Source: Escherichia coli
GTDB taxonomy: Bacteria > Pseudomonadota > Gammaproteobacteria > Enterobacterales > Enterobacteriaceae
DNA: 64,000 nt
Strand: one strand, 5' to 3'
NCBI RefSeq assembly: GCF_029227855.1
Contig: NZ_CP074356.1
Shown here: piece after piece, positions 45,019 through 53,404 of the stretch
Layout of the letters: each line of letters opens with the position of its first letter
How positions within the stretch are numbered: the first letter of the stretch is position 1
The notes under the pieces: generated by a model
Seen by the model: only the letters and a program-made list of their open reading frames with translations
Told to the model about the DNA's origin: nothing
The model's database searches: none
Position numbers and translations under genes: made by a program

Positions 45019-45963
45019 ATGAGTCCTGATAATATCAGTTCTGCTGTCAATCGCTTCTCAGGTTGGCCATCTAATGATCCTCTAAAAACAGATAAAGAAT
45101 CAATGACATCACCCATGACTGTGCAGGTAATAAAGATGATTGCCGCCATCCTTGACCCACATCGGATAGTCGTTGGAATCGATACACTTTATACAACGCA
45201 GCGCGAAACATTTACCTCAGAGAGTCAACAGCTCATTGAATCAGCATTGCAAACACTTCATGTGATGAATTTAAATAACCTGGAAACAAATCTCGATGAG
45301 GAAGGTCACTATCTGGCTTTTGGATATAACGTTGACACTCCTGACAGAATAACCGTTTCTGCTTATAATGAAAAAAAGCCTGGCTGCTATGGCCAATGTC
45401 TTTTAATACAGGATGACGAAACAGACTTATTTAACCTGATAAAAGTTAAAATTTTTGAAGCCAGGCATAATTATGTCGCTCAATTGATGAGCGATCCGGA
45501 ATTTATGTTCAAATTTAGTTATAGCGCTCAACAAAATAGATTAGAACCTCATCTTCTGGTTCCCACTTATTTCCCTCTAAAAACAAACGAACCGGTTACG
45601 CAAGAGGATGTACTGTTACTTTATCGTTTCTTTAAAATGGATGGTGATTTTAATATATTAACATCAGATGAATACATGAGTATCATGACACCTCTAATGA
45701 AGTGTGAGCGTAGCATCCACGACCACAACAGGTATGTGACGGGCAAAGATACCCTTCTTCTGGACTATCCTCCTTCTGGTAACCAGATATATTTCCATAT
45801 TTTTCCTGACGAATCAGCAACACTAGTCCTTTATTTTTCAAACAATGACATTGAATGTTTCGTCTTTGAAAGAGATATTCCGAGCCAGTATCGCTTTTTC
45901 AAAATGTTTACCAATCTGGCACTGGTTATTGATCAGTTAACCGATGCCAATCAAATACTTTAA
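45019..45963 (+). CDS. Hypothetical protein, 314 aa, with no recognisable family
   Basis: A 315-codon open frame in very AT-rich DNA, where stops are frequent, so coding is likely. A GAGG sits 8 nt upstream of the ATG. I could recognise no motif. Confidence 0.75.
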   Translation: MSPDNISSAVNRFSGWPSNDPLKTDKESMTSPMTVQVIKMIAAILDPHRIVVGIDTLYTTQRETFTSESQQLIESALQTLHVMNLNNLETNLDEEGHYLAFGYNVDTPDRITVSAYNEKKPGCYGQCLLIQDDETDLFNLIKVKIFEARHNYVAQLMSDPEFMFKFSYSAQQNRLEPHLLVPTYFPLKTNEPVTQEDVLLLYRFFKMDGDFNILTSDEYMSIMTPLMKCERSIHDHNRYVTGKDTLLLDYPPSGNQIYFHIFPDESATLVLYFSNNDIECFVFERDIPSQYRFFKMFTNLALVIDQLTDANQIL

Positions 45964-46043
45964 TTTTTATATATTCCCTGTGGCAAATATTGCTAAACAA
46001 TGCCCGGGGATTAATTTTTATTACTCACGGAAAGATTTAAATA

Positions 46044-46466
46044 ATGATCCCATCTCAAATCTCTTTCAACACCCTTCCTGTCAATGCAACATACGCTTCA
46101 GAGACAACAGTTGACACACAAAAATTCTCTGACATCCTCTACTCAGCGGGGTGTTCCCTAAAGGATCTGGCTTATTTGAGCAGATGTCTGGCATCAATAC
46201 ATCCGACTATCGCCAAAAACATTTATGAAACAGAAAATCTCAGCGATCAAAAATTACTACATATTGATTGCCGTAGTACAAATGAAATCAAGATAAATAT
46301 CTTTTTTGGTCGACAACGAGAAGGATTAATTGAAATTAGTTCTGACACAGTCATTTTTTCGATACTGTCTTCATTGATTGACTCCACCATTTCTAAATTT
46401 CAACACCAAAACCCCGTTAACGGTTCTGTAAATCCTGACCTATTGTATGAGGATTATACTGATTAA
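46044..46466 (+). CDS. Hypothetical protein, 140 aa, with no recognisable family
   Basis: A 141-codon open frame in AT-rich DNA, 80 nt downstream of the previous ORF on the same strand. The RBS is weak. Confidence 0.6.
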   Translation: MIPSQISFNTLPVNATYASETTVDTQKFSDILYSAGCSLKDLAYLSRCLASIHPTIAKNIYETENLSDQKLLHIDCRSTNEIKINIFFGRQREGLIEISSDTVIFSILSSLIDSTISKFQHQNPVNGSVNPDLLYEDYTD

Positions 46467-47013
46467 ATCCCTCCTGTCGCGAAAAATGGCCTGCGTTATT
46501 GCCAGACGTAATAAAACTTTTGATTAACGTTTCTCGTACTGGTAGCACCCTCATGTACTTTTCTTTTTTACGAAAAATCAAAAGAGCTAACAAAGGTCAT
46601 AATTCGCATGAATCATTAATTATTTGTTATTTTCAACATTATTTTTACATTAAGCAGAGATGAATTGCAGTGAAATTCGACTTAACTTTTATGAAATGCA
46701 TTTACTCATGGCTAAAGCCACGTCACAAAAATGCAAATTAGAAGTTGATCACAATTATCTCAATACATCAAATCAAGTTAATTTTAAAAATTTAACATTC
46801 ATGACATCAGTTGACATAACACACTGAATTAAAATGAGAATTTGAAAACACACTTTAAACAATCATTTCCCGAAAGACATTTTGAAAATAGATCAATTGC
46901 AACATTACGGTCAGATAAAGACACTCCTGTGATATTAAACCTGTGCCGTTATGAACGGCCATAAATACGACGTGTGTAACTTATTTTACTCTCTGTCTTA
47001 CAAAGGATTACCC

Positions 47014-47463
47014 ATGAAGAAAGCAACACTTGTGATTGGCGTTATTGGCGCGGACTGCCATGCAGTAGGCAATAAAGTTCTGGACCGCGTTTTTAGCAAC
47101 CATGGCTTCAGAGTCATTAATCTGGGCGTAATGGTCAGCCAGGACGAATATATTGATGCTGCCATTGAAACTGGTGCTGACGCGATTGTCGTCTCCTCTA
47201 TCTATGGGCATGGCGATATCGACTGTCTGGACATGCGCGAACGCTGCATCGAGCGTGGACTGGGGGACATCCTGCTCTATGTGGGCGGTAACCTGGTGGT
47301 CGGAAAACATGACTTCGCTGACGTGGAAACCAAATTCAAAGAGATGGGATTTGATCGCGTCTTTGCCCCAAGTCATGACTTAGAAGATGTTTGTCAGCTG
47401 ATGGCCCACGATATCAACCAACGTCATGACGTTGATACTCGTATTCTTGAAGAGGCAATCTGA
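47014..47463 (+). CDS. glmS: Glutamate mutase (methylaspartate mutase) sigma / B12-binding subunit. This is not the GlcN-6-P synthase glmS.
   Basis: [23 protein letters not shown] carries the base-off/His-on cobalamin motif DxHxxG (DCHAVG). RBS aaagga lies upstream of ATG 47014. It is homologous to clostridial GlmS/MutS. Confidence 0.92.
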   Translation: MKKATLVIGVIGADCHAVGNKVLDRVFSNHGFRVINLGVMVSQDEYIDAAIETGADAIVVSSIYGHGDIDCLDMRERCIERGLGDILLYVGGNLVVGKHDFADVETKFKEMGFDRVFAPSHDLEDVCQLMAHDINQRHDVDTRILEEAI

Positions 47464-48851
47464 TGCAAATCGTCTCTGTCGATATTGGATCGACGTGGAC
47501 CAAAGCAGCCCTCTTCGCCCGGGAGGGGGACGCGTTAACGTTGGTTAACCACGTACTGACCCCAACCACCCCCCATCATCTGGCGAAGGGGTTTTTCTCC
47601 AGTCTGAACCTGGTGTTAAACGTAGATGATGCCCTCCCCCTGTTTAACAGCGGTGAGGTTGCATTGAAGTATTCCTCCTCTGCCAAAGGTGGGCTGGCGG
47701 TTGCCGCAATGGGATTGGTGCCTTCTATCACCCTGGAAACCGCGAAAGTAACCGCTCACTCTGCGGGGGCTAAAATTGCGCAATATTACGCCTACAAGCT
47801 GAACCGCCGTGATATCCAGGCACTGGAAGAAACGCAGCCCGATATTCTCTTGTTCACCGGCGGCACCGACGGCGGAGAAGAAAGCTACGGCCTGAATAAC
47901 GCCCGTGTGCTGGCAGAATCCAAACTCGACTGCGCCATTATTTATGCCGGAAACCGGGATATTCAGGACAAGGTGCAGGAGATCCTAGGGCATAAAGACC
48001 TGACCATCGTCGACAACGTTCTGCCCGATCTTGACCATCCGAACCCTTTAGCTGCACGCCAGGCTATCTGCGACATATTCCTTAAACGCATCGTTAAAGG
48101 GAAAGGGCTGGATGTCGTTGTTGATAAAACAGGCGAAGAACCAATGCCGACACCGTGGACAGTCTTTGAACTGGTTAAGGCAATCAGTAATGTCGATCAC
48201 AGCTGGAAAGAGTTCATGCTGATCGACATGGGCGGCGCAACCACCGATGTCTATTCCGCCTGTGCCAACACGCTCTCGCCCGACACCGTTTTACACGGCG
48301 TACCGGAACCCTTCGTGAAACGGACGGTGGAAGGCGATCTGGGAATGCGCGTCTCGGCAATGGTGGTTGGTGAAAGTGCGAAAGAGTTAGTCAATGTGAA
48401 TTTTGCTCAGCAACCCGCACAGCTGGACGCTTTTTATCATTACCTCCGTCATCTAGTCGCTCATCCCGACTACTTACCCGCGAATTCAGAAGAAAAATAT
48501 TTCGATACCGTCCTGGCCGGACTGTGTGTGGGTTATGCCACCGAAAGACATGCGGGCACCAAAAAAGAGGTCTGCACCTGCGTCGGCAATGTCGATTTAC
48601 AGATGGGACGTGACCTGACAACCGTGCGTAAAGTCGTCGGATCCGGCGGATGGCTCTCGCGTGCCAGTCAGTTCGATATGCATCACTGGTTGAAATACCG
48701 CAAGTTAAACGACGACGGTAAACGCATTCTCTTACCGACCGAATTTGAATATTACCGCGATTCCCGGGGGCTATTACCATTGCTGGCAAACGTCGCCAGA
48801 GTCGATCCGCTGGCCGCCGCGCGCACCAGTATTCAATGCTTAACCCTATAA
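47463..48851 (+). CDS. glmL: Glutamate mutase accessory protein GlmL/MutL (ASKHA-fold putative reactivase)
   Basis: A 462 aa ORF ([18 protein letters not shown]...). Its start overlaps the glmS stop (TGATG) and it sits between the S and E subunits, as in Clostridium. Confidence 0.85.
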   Translation: MQIVSVDIGSTWTKAALFAREGDALTLVNHVLTPTTPHHLAKGFFSSLNLVLNVDDALPLFNSGEVALKYSSSAKGGLAVAAMGLVPSITLETAKVTAHSAGAKIAQYYAYKLNRRDIQALEETQPDILLFTGGTDGGEESYGLNNARVLAESKLDCAIIYAGNRDIQDKVQEILGHKDLTIVDNVLPDLDHPNPLAARQAICDIFLKRIVKGKGLDVVVDKTGEEPMPTPWTVFELVKAISNVDHSWKEFMLIDMGGATTDVYSACANTLSPDTVLHGVPEPFVKRTVEGDLGMRVSAMVVGESAKELVNVNFAQQPAQLDAFYHYLRHLVAHPDYLPANSEEKYFDTVLAGLCVGYATERHAGTKKEVCTCVGNVDLQMGRDLTTVRKVVGSGGWLSRASQFDMHHWLKYRKLNDDGKRILLPTEFEYYRDSRGLLPLLANVARVDPLAAARTSIQCLTL

Positions 48852-48869
48852 CAATTAAGGCTGCAATCA

Positions 48870-50315
48870 ATGGAACTTCGAAATAAGAAATTAACCCATG
48901 ACGAATTCATGACCGAGCGGCAACAGGTACTGAAAACCTGGGAAACCGGCAAGGATGTTGAAAACTTTGAAGATGGCGTTAAATACCAACAAACCATTCC
49001 TGAGCATAAACGCTTCTCTCTTGCGCTGTTGAAAGCAGACAAGGAAGGTAAAACCCTTAGCCAACCGCGCGCAGGTGTGGCGCTGATGGACGAACACATC
49101 GAACTACTGAAAACACTACAAGAAGAGTGCGATCTGCTGCCGAGCACTATCGATGCATATACCCGTCTGAATCGGTACGAAGAAGCGGCTGTAGGGATTA
49201 AAAAATCCATCGAAGCCGGAACCTCTAAACTGAACGGTTTGCCGGTAGTTAACCATGGCGTCGCAGCTTGCCGTCGCCTCACCGAAACCCTGCAAAAACC
49301 GCTACAGATCCGCCACGGCACGCCAGATGCGCGTCTGCTGGCTGAAATCTCGATGTCCAGCGGCTTTACCAGTTACGAAGGCGGCGGCATTTCCTACAAC
49401 ATTCCGTATGCCAAACGCGTAACGCTGGAAAAATCGATCCGCGACTGGCAGTACTGCGACCGTTTAATGGGGATGTATGAAGAACACGGGATCCGCATCA
49501 ACCGCGAACCGTTTGGCCCACTAACAGGTACGCTGATCCCGCCGTTTATCTCGCACTCTATCGCGATAATCGAAGGCTTGCTGGCGCTGGAACAGGGTGT
49601 GAAATCTATCACCGTTGGTTATGGACAGGTCGGCAGCCTGACGCAGGATGTTGCGGCGATCCAGTCTCTGCGTGAACTTGCACACGAATATTTTCAGAGC
49701 TATGGCTATACCGACTATGAATTAAGTACCGTGTTTCACCAGTGGATGGGCGGCTTTCCGGAAGACGAATCGAAAGCGTTCGCTATTATCTCCTGGGGCG
49801 CAGCCGTCGCGGGGATGTCTGGTGCCACCAAAGTCATCACCAAAAGCCCGCACGAAGCCTGGGGTATCCCGACTGCCGCTGCCAACATTCAGGGGCTGAA
49901 AGCCTCCCGCCAGATGCTCAACATGGTCAACGAGCAGAAATTCCCGCCGTGCCCTGCGGTTGAACTGGAAATTGAACTGATTAAGAGCGAGGTTCGCGCG
50001 GTACTGAATAAAGTGTTCGAACTGGGTAATGGTGATATTGCGCGCGGTACGGTGCTGGCATTTGAAGCGGGCGTACTGGATGTGCCGTTTGCGCCAGCCG
50101 CCTGCAACGCGGGCAAAATTCTTCCGGTCCGTGACAACACCGGCGCGATACGCGTACTGGAAGCCGGAGCCGTTCCATTGCCAAAAGATATTCTCGACCT
50201 CCACCACGATTACGTTGCTGAACGCGCACGCTTTGAAGGACGCCAACCGACATTCCAGATGGTTGTAGATGACATCAATGCTGTATCCCACAGTAAATTA
50301 ATAGGAAGACCATAA
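48870..50315 (+). CDS. glmE: Glutamate mutase epsilon (catalytic) subunit
   Basis: A 481 aa ORF. MELRNKKLTHDEF...SQPRAGVALMDEHIELL...PSTIDAYTRLNRY...HQWMGGFPEDESKAF aligns along its length with clostridial GlmE as I remember it. Confidence 0.93.
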   Translation: MELRNKKLTHDEFMTERQQVLKTWETGKDVENFEDGVKYQQTIPEHKRFSLALLKADKEGKTLSQPRAGVALMDEHIELLKTLQEECDLLPSTIDAYTRLNRYEEAAVGIKKSIEAGTSKLNGLPVVNHGVAACRRLTETLQKPLQIRHGTPDARLLAEISMSSGFTSYEGGGISYNIPYAKRVTLEKSIRDWQYCDRLMGMYEEHGIRINREPFGPLTGTLIPPFISHSIAIIEGLLALEQGVKSITVGYGQVGSLTQDVAAIQSLRELAHEYFQSYGYTDYELSTVFHQWMGGFPEDESKAFAIISWGAAVAGMSGATKVITKSPHEAWGIPTAAANIQGLKASRQMLNMVNEQKFPPCPAVELEIELIKSEVRAVLNKVFELGNGDIARGTVLAFEAGVLDVPFAPAACNAGKILPVRDNTGAIRVLEAGAVPLPKDILDLHHDYVAERARFEGRQPTFQMVVDDINAVSHSKLIGRP

Positions 50316-51556
50316 TGAAAATAAAACAGGCCCTTTTTACCGCTGGCTACTCCTCATTCTATTTCGATGACCAGCAGGCGATAAAAAACGGAGCGGGTCA
50401 CGACGGTTTTTTTTATACCGGGGAGCCAGTAACACAGGGGTTTAACGCCGTACGTCAGGCCGGGGAGTGCGTATCGGTACAGTTGATTCTGGAAAACGGC
50501 GCGGTCGCCGTAGGTGACTGTGCTGCCGTACAGTATTCCGGGGCAGGCGGTCGCGATCCACTGTTCCTCGCGGAGCACTTTATTCCGTTCCTCAACGACC
50601 ATATCAAGCCATTACTGGTAGGCCGCGATGTGGATGTTTTCCTGCCGAATGCCCGTTTCTTCGACAAATTGCGTATTGACGGCAACTTGCTGCATACCGC
50701 CGTGCGCTACGGATTATCACAGGCTCTGCTTGATGCTACCGCGCTGGCAACCGGCCGTCTGAAAACTGAAGTGATCTGTGATGAATGGCAGTTGCCACGC
50801 GTGGCGGAATCCATTCCATTATTTGGTCAGAGCGGGGACGATCGATATATCGCCGTCGATAAGATGATCCTTAAGGGCATCGACGTGCTGCCCCATGCGC
50901 TGATTAATAACGTCGAAGAGAAGCTGGGCTTTAAAGGTGAAAAACTGCGCGAATATGTCCGCTGGTTGTCGGATCGCATTCTGAGCAAGCGCACCAGCGC
51001 ACGCTACCACCCAATCCTGCACATCGATGTATACGGCACTATCGGTCTGATCTTCGATATGGATCCGCTTCGCTGTGCGCAATACATCGCCAGCCTGGAA
51101 AAAGAAGCGCAAGGCCTGCCGCTCTACATTGAAGGGCCGGTCGATGCCGGTAACAAGCCCGATCAAATTCGCCTGCTGACCGCGATTACCAAAGAGCTGA
51201 CGCGCCTCGGTTCCGGCGTGAAACTAGTGGCCGATGAATGGTGTAACACCTACCAGGATATTGTTGATTTCACAGATGCCGCCAGTTGCCACATGGTGCA
51301 AATCAAAACCCCGGATCTGGGCAGTATTCACAACATCGTCGATGCAGTTCTTTATTGCAACAGCCACAGCATGGAAGCGTACCAGGGCGGCACCTGCAAT
51401 GAAACTGATGTCAGTGCCCGCACCTGTGTCCACGTCGCCCTTGCCGCTCGCCCCATGCGTATGCTGGTAAAACCAGGGATGGGCTTTGACGAAGGCCTCG
51501 ATATCGTCTTCAACGAAATGAATCGTACTATCGCGCTGTTGCAGGCTAAGGATTAA
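50315..51556 (+). CDS. mal: 3-methylaspartate ammonia-lyase (enolase superfamily)
   Basis: A 413 aa ORF. MKIKQALFTAGYSSFYFDDQQAIKNGAGHDGF...AVQYSGAGGRDPLF...HMVQIKTPDLG...GGTCNET is clearly homologous to the Clostridium tetanomorphum methylaspartase. Its start overlaps the glmE stop (TAATG). Confidence 0.94.
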   Translation: MKIKQALFTAGYSSFYFDDQQAIKNGAGHDGFFYTGEPVTQGFNAVRQAGECVSVQLILENGAVAVGDCAAVQYSGAGGRDPLFLAEHFIPFLNDHIKPLLVGRDVDVFLPNARFFDKLRIDGNLLHTAVRYGLSQALLDATALATGRLKTEVICDEWQLPRVAESIPLFGQSGDDRYIAVDKMILKGIDVLPHALINNVEEKLGFKGEKLREYVRWLSDRILSKRTSARYHPILHIDVYGTIGLIFDMDPLRCAQYIASLEKEAQGLPLYIEGPVDAGNKPDQIRLLTAITKELTRLGSGVKLVADEWCNTYQDIVDFTDAASCHMVQIKTPDLGSIHNIVDAVLYCNSHSMEAYQGGTCNETDVSARTCVHVALAARPMRMLVKPGMGFDEGLDIVFNEMNRTIALLQAKD

Positions 51557-51559
51557 CAA

Positions 51560-52930
51560 ATGGCTCGTTCTTTTAAAGTCTTATCGCCAACGGCAATCCT
51601 CGGGTATGGATTCCCGGAAGAGAGCTTCCGCAAAGCGATGGCAGAATCGCCCGATCTGATCGCCGTTGATGCAGGCTCTTCCGATCCTGGCCCCCACTAC
51701 CTCGGGGCGGGCAAACCGTTTACCGATCGCGCAGGGGTCAAGCGCGATCTGCGCTATATGATCACCGCAGGCGTGCAAAATAATATACCGGTGGTGATCG
51801 GAACGGCCGGCGGTTCTGGTGCCGCTCCACACCTGGAGTGGTGCCGAGAAATAATTCATGAGATTGCCCGGGAAGAGCACCTCTCGTTCTCGATGGCGTT
51901 GATCCCGGCAGACGTTGACAAAGCCATCGTCCACCAGGCGCTGGATAACGGCAAAATCACGGCGCTGGAGTTTGTCCCGCCGTTAACCCACGACGCGATT
52001 GACGAAAGTACGTATATCGTTGCGCAAATGGGCATCGAACCCTTCCAGCGGGCGCTGAAAGAAGGCGCGCAAGTGGTGCCGGGCGGGCGCGCTTACGACC
52101 CGGCCTGCTTTGCTGCGCTTCCGATCATGCAAGGCTTTGATGAAGGTCTGGCGCTTCATTGTGGGAAAATCCTTGAATGCGCGGCAATCGCCGCAACGCC
52201 CGGCTCAGGCTCTGACTGTGCGATGGGCATCATTGATGACAACGGCTTTACGCTGAAGACATTTAATCCGAAGCGTAAATTTACCGAAACGTCAGCAGCT
52301 GCACACACACTGTATGAGAAATCCGATCCCTACTTCCTGCCTGGACCTGGCGGCGTGTTGAACCTGAAAGGCTGCACATTTAAAGCGGTCAATGACAGCG
52401 AAGTGTACGTCAGCGGTTCTAAGCATGAAGAAACGCCGTATTCCCTGAAACTGGAAGGTGCGCGACGGGTGGGCTTCCGCTGTCTGACCATCGCAGGAAC
52501 GCGCGACCCGATCATGATCGCCGGGATCGATAAAATCATCGATGAAGTCAAAACCAGCGTTTCGCGTAACCTGTCGCTCGACGATGACAGCATTCACATC
52601 AATTTCCACCTGTACGGCAAAAACGGGGTGATGGGCGACCATGAACCGATGCAAACTGCCGGGCATGAGCTGGGGATTGTCCTAGATGTAGTTGCGCCGA
52701 CCCAGGAAATTGCCAACAGCGTTTGCTCGCTGGTGCGCTCTACTATGCTGCACTACGGCTATGAAAACCGCATCGCTACCGCAGGCAACCTGGCGTTCCC
52801 GTTCTCCCCTTCTGATATCCAGGGCGGGCCGGTATACGAATTTTCCATATATCACCTGATTGAAGCCAACGACGCTCTGCGTTTTGATTTCCATATTGAA
52901 CAGGTGACGCCAGAAGGAGTTCAGGCATGA
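51560..52930 (+). CDS. Uncharacterised protein, DUF1446 / AtuA-like family (by recollection)
   Basis: A 456 aa ORF starting 3 nt after the mal stop. Its overall look and its pairing with a DUF4387-type small protein match AtuA-like proteins. The family assignment comes from memory only. Confidence 0.8.
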   Translation: MARSFKVLSPTAILGYGFPEESFRKAMAESPDLIAVDAGSSDPGPHYLGAGKPFTDRAGVKRDLRYMITAGVQNNIPVVIGTAGGSGAAPHLEWCREIIHEIAREEHLSFSMALIPADVDKAIVHQALDNGKITALEFVPPLTHDAIDESTYIVAQMGIEPFQRALKEGAQVVPGGRAYDPACFAALPIMQGFDEGLALHCGKILECAAIAATPGSGSDCAMGIIDDNGFTLKTFNPKRKFTETSAAAHTLYEKSDPYFLPGPGGVLNLKGCTFKAVNDSEVYVSGSKHEETPYSLKLEGARRVGFRCLTIAGTRDPIMIAGIDKIIDEVKTSVSRNLSLDDDSIHINFHLYGKNGVMGDHEPMQTAGHELGIVLDVVAPTQEIANSVCSLVRSTMLHYGYENRIATAGNLAFPFSPSDIQGGPVYEFSIYHLIEANDALRFDFHIEQVTPEGVQA

Positions 52931-53244
52931 AACAGTCAATTGTCTCACTGGCGCAAGTCATTCGTTCGAAAAATGCCGGACCTTACGAACTGGTTTTAGA
53001 TATTTTATTTAAAACGAAAGAAAACTATGAGCGAGTTAAATCATCAGGGCAATTAACCCCAGAACTGATTGCGCGCTTATATCATGTTGAACCTGACTTT
53101 ATTCACCGTATTGTCTGGTTTGATCCTTCTAACGCAGTAAAAATCGTCATGCCACGAGATATTATCTCCGGGAATGTAGGTGACAATGATGTCTATGGTG
53201 CACAGCAACATGCACCTTTATTAAATATGAGTTTCGATTTGTAA
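52927..53244 (+). CDS. Uncharacterised small protein, DUF4387-like
   Basis: A 105 aa ORF whose start overlaps the upstream stop (ATGA). The motifs VIRSKNAGPYEL and YGAQQHAPLL are what I recall as DUF4387 hallmarks. Confidence 0.8.
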   Translation: MKQSIVSLAQVIRSKNAGPYELVLDILFKTKENYERVKSSGQLTPELIARLYHVEPDFIHRIVWFDPSNAVKIVMPRDIISGNVGDNDVYGAQQHAPLLNMSFDL

Positions 53245-53326
53245 AAATCCGAATACTTTTAGCCAACTGACATCCCGTCACTTATTGCAGTTCAACACTT
53301 CAGCTATTTGTAAGGTTGTAATAGCA

Positions 53327-53360
53327 GGTAGATGCCTGAATCTCTATTCAGGCATCTACT
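53327..53360 (+). terminator. Long perfect inverted repeat between the DUF4387 gene and the transporter gene (possible attenuator/terminator or protein site)
   Basis: ggtagatgcctgaat-ctct-attcaggcatctac has a 14-15 bp stem, but the downstream T-tract is poor (ttctcctgatt). Confidence 0.4.
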
Positions 53361-53404
53361 TCTCCTGATTCTGATTTATCGCCGTGCACCTGATGGAGGA
53401 AAAA

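Noticed and set aside
46467-47013. Expected cobalamin riboswitch upstream of the B12-dependent operon
   Set aside because: I could find no GC-rich conserved core or B12-box-like sequence. The region is uniformly AT-rich. A covariance-model scan would still be needed for certainty.
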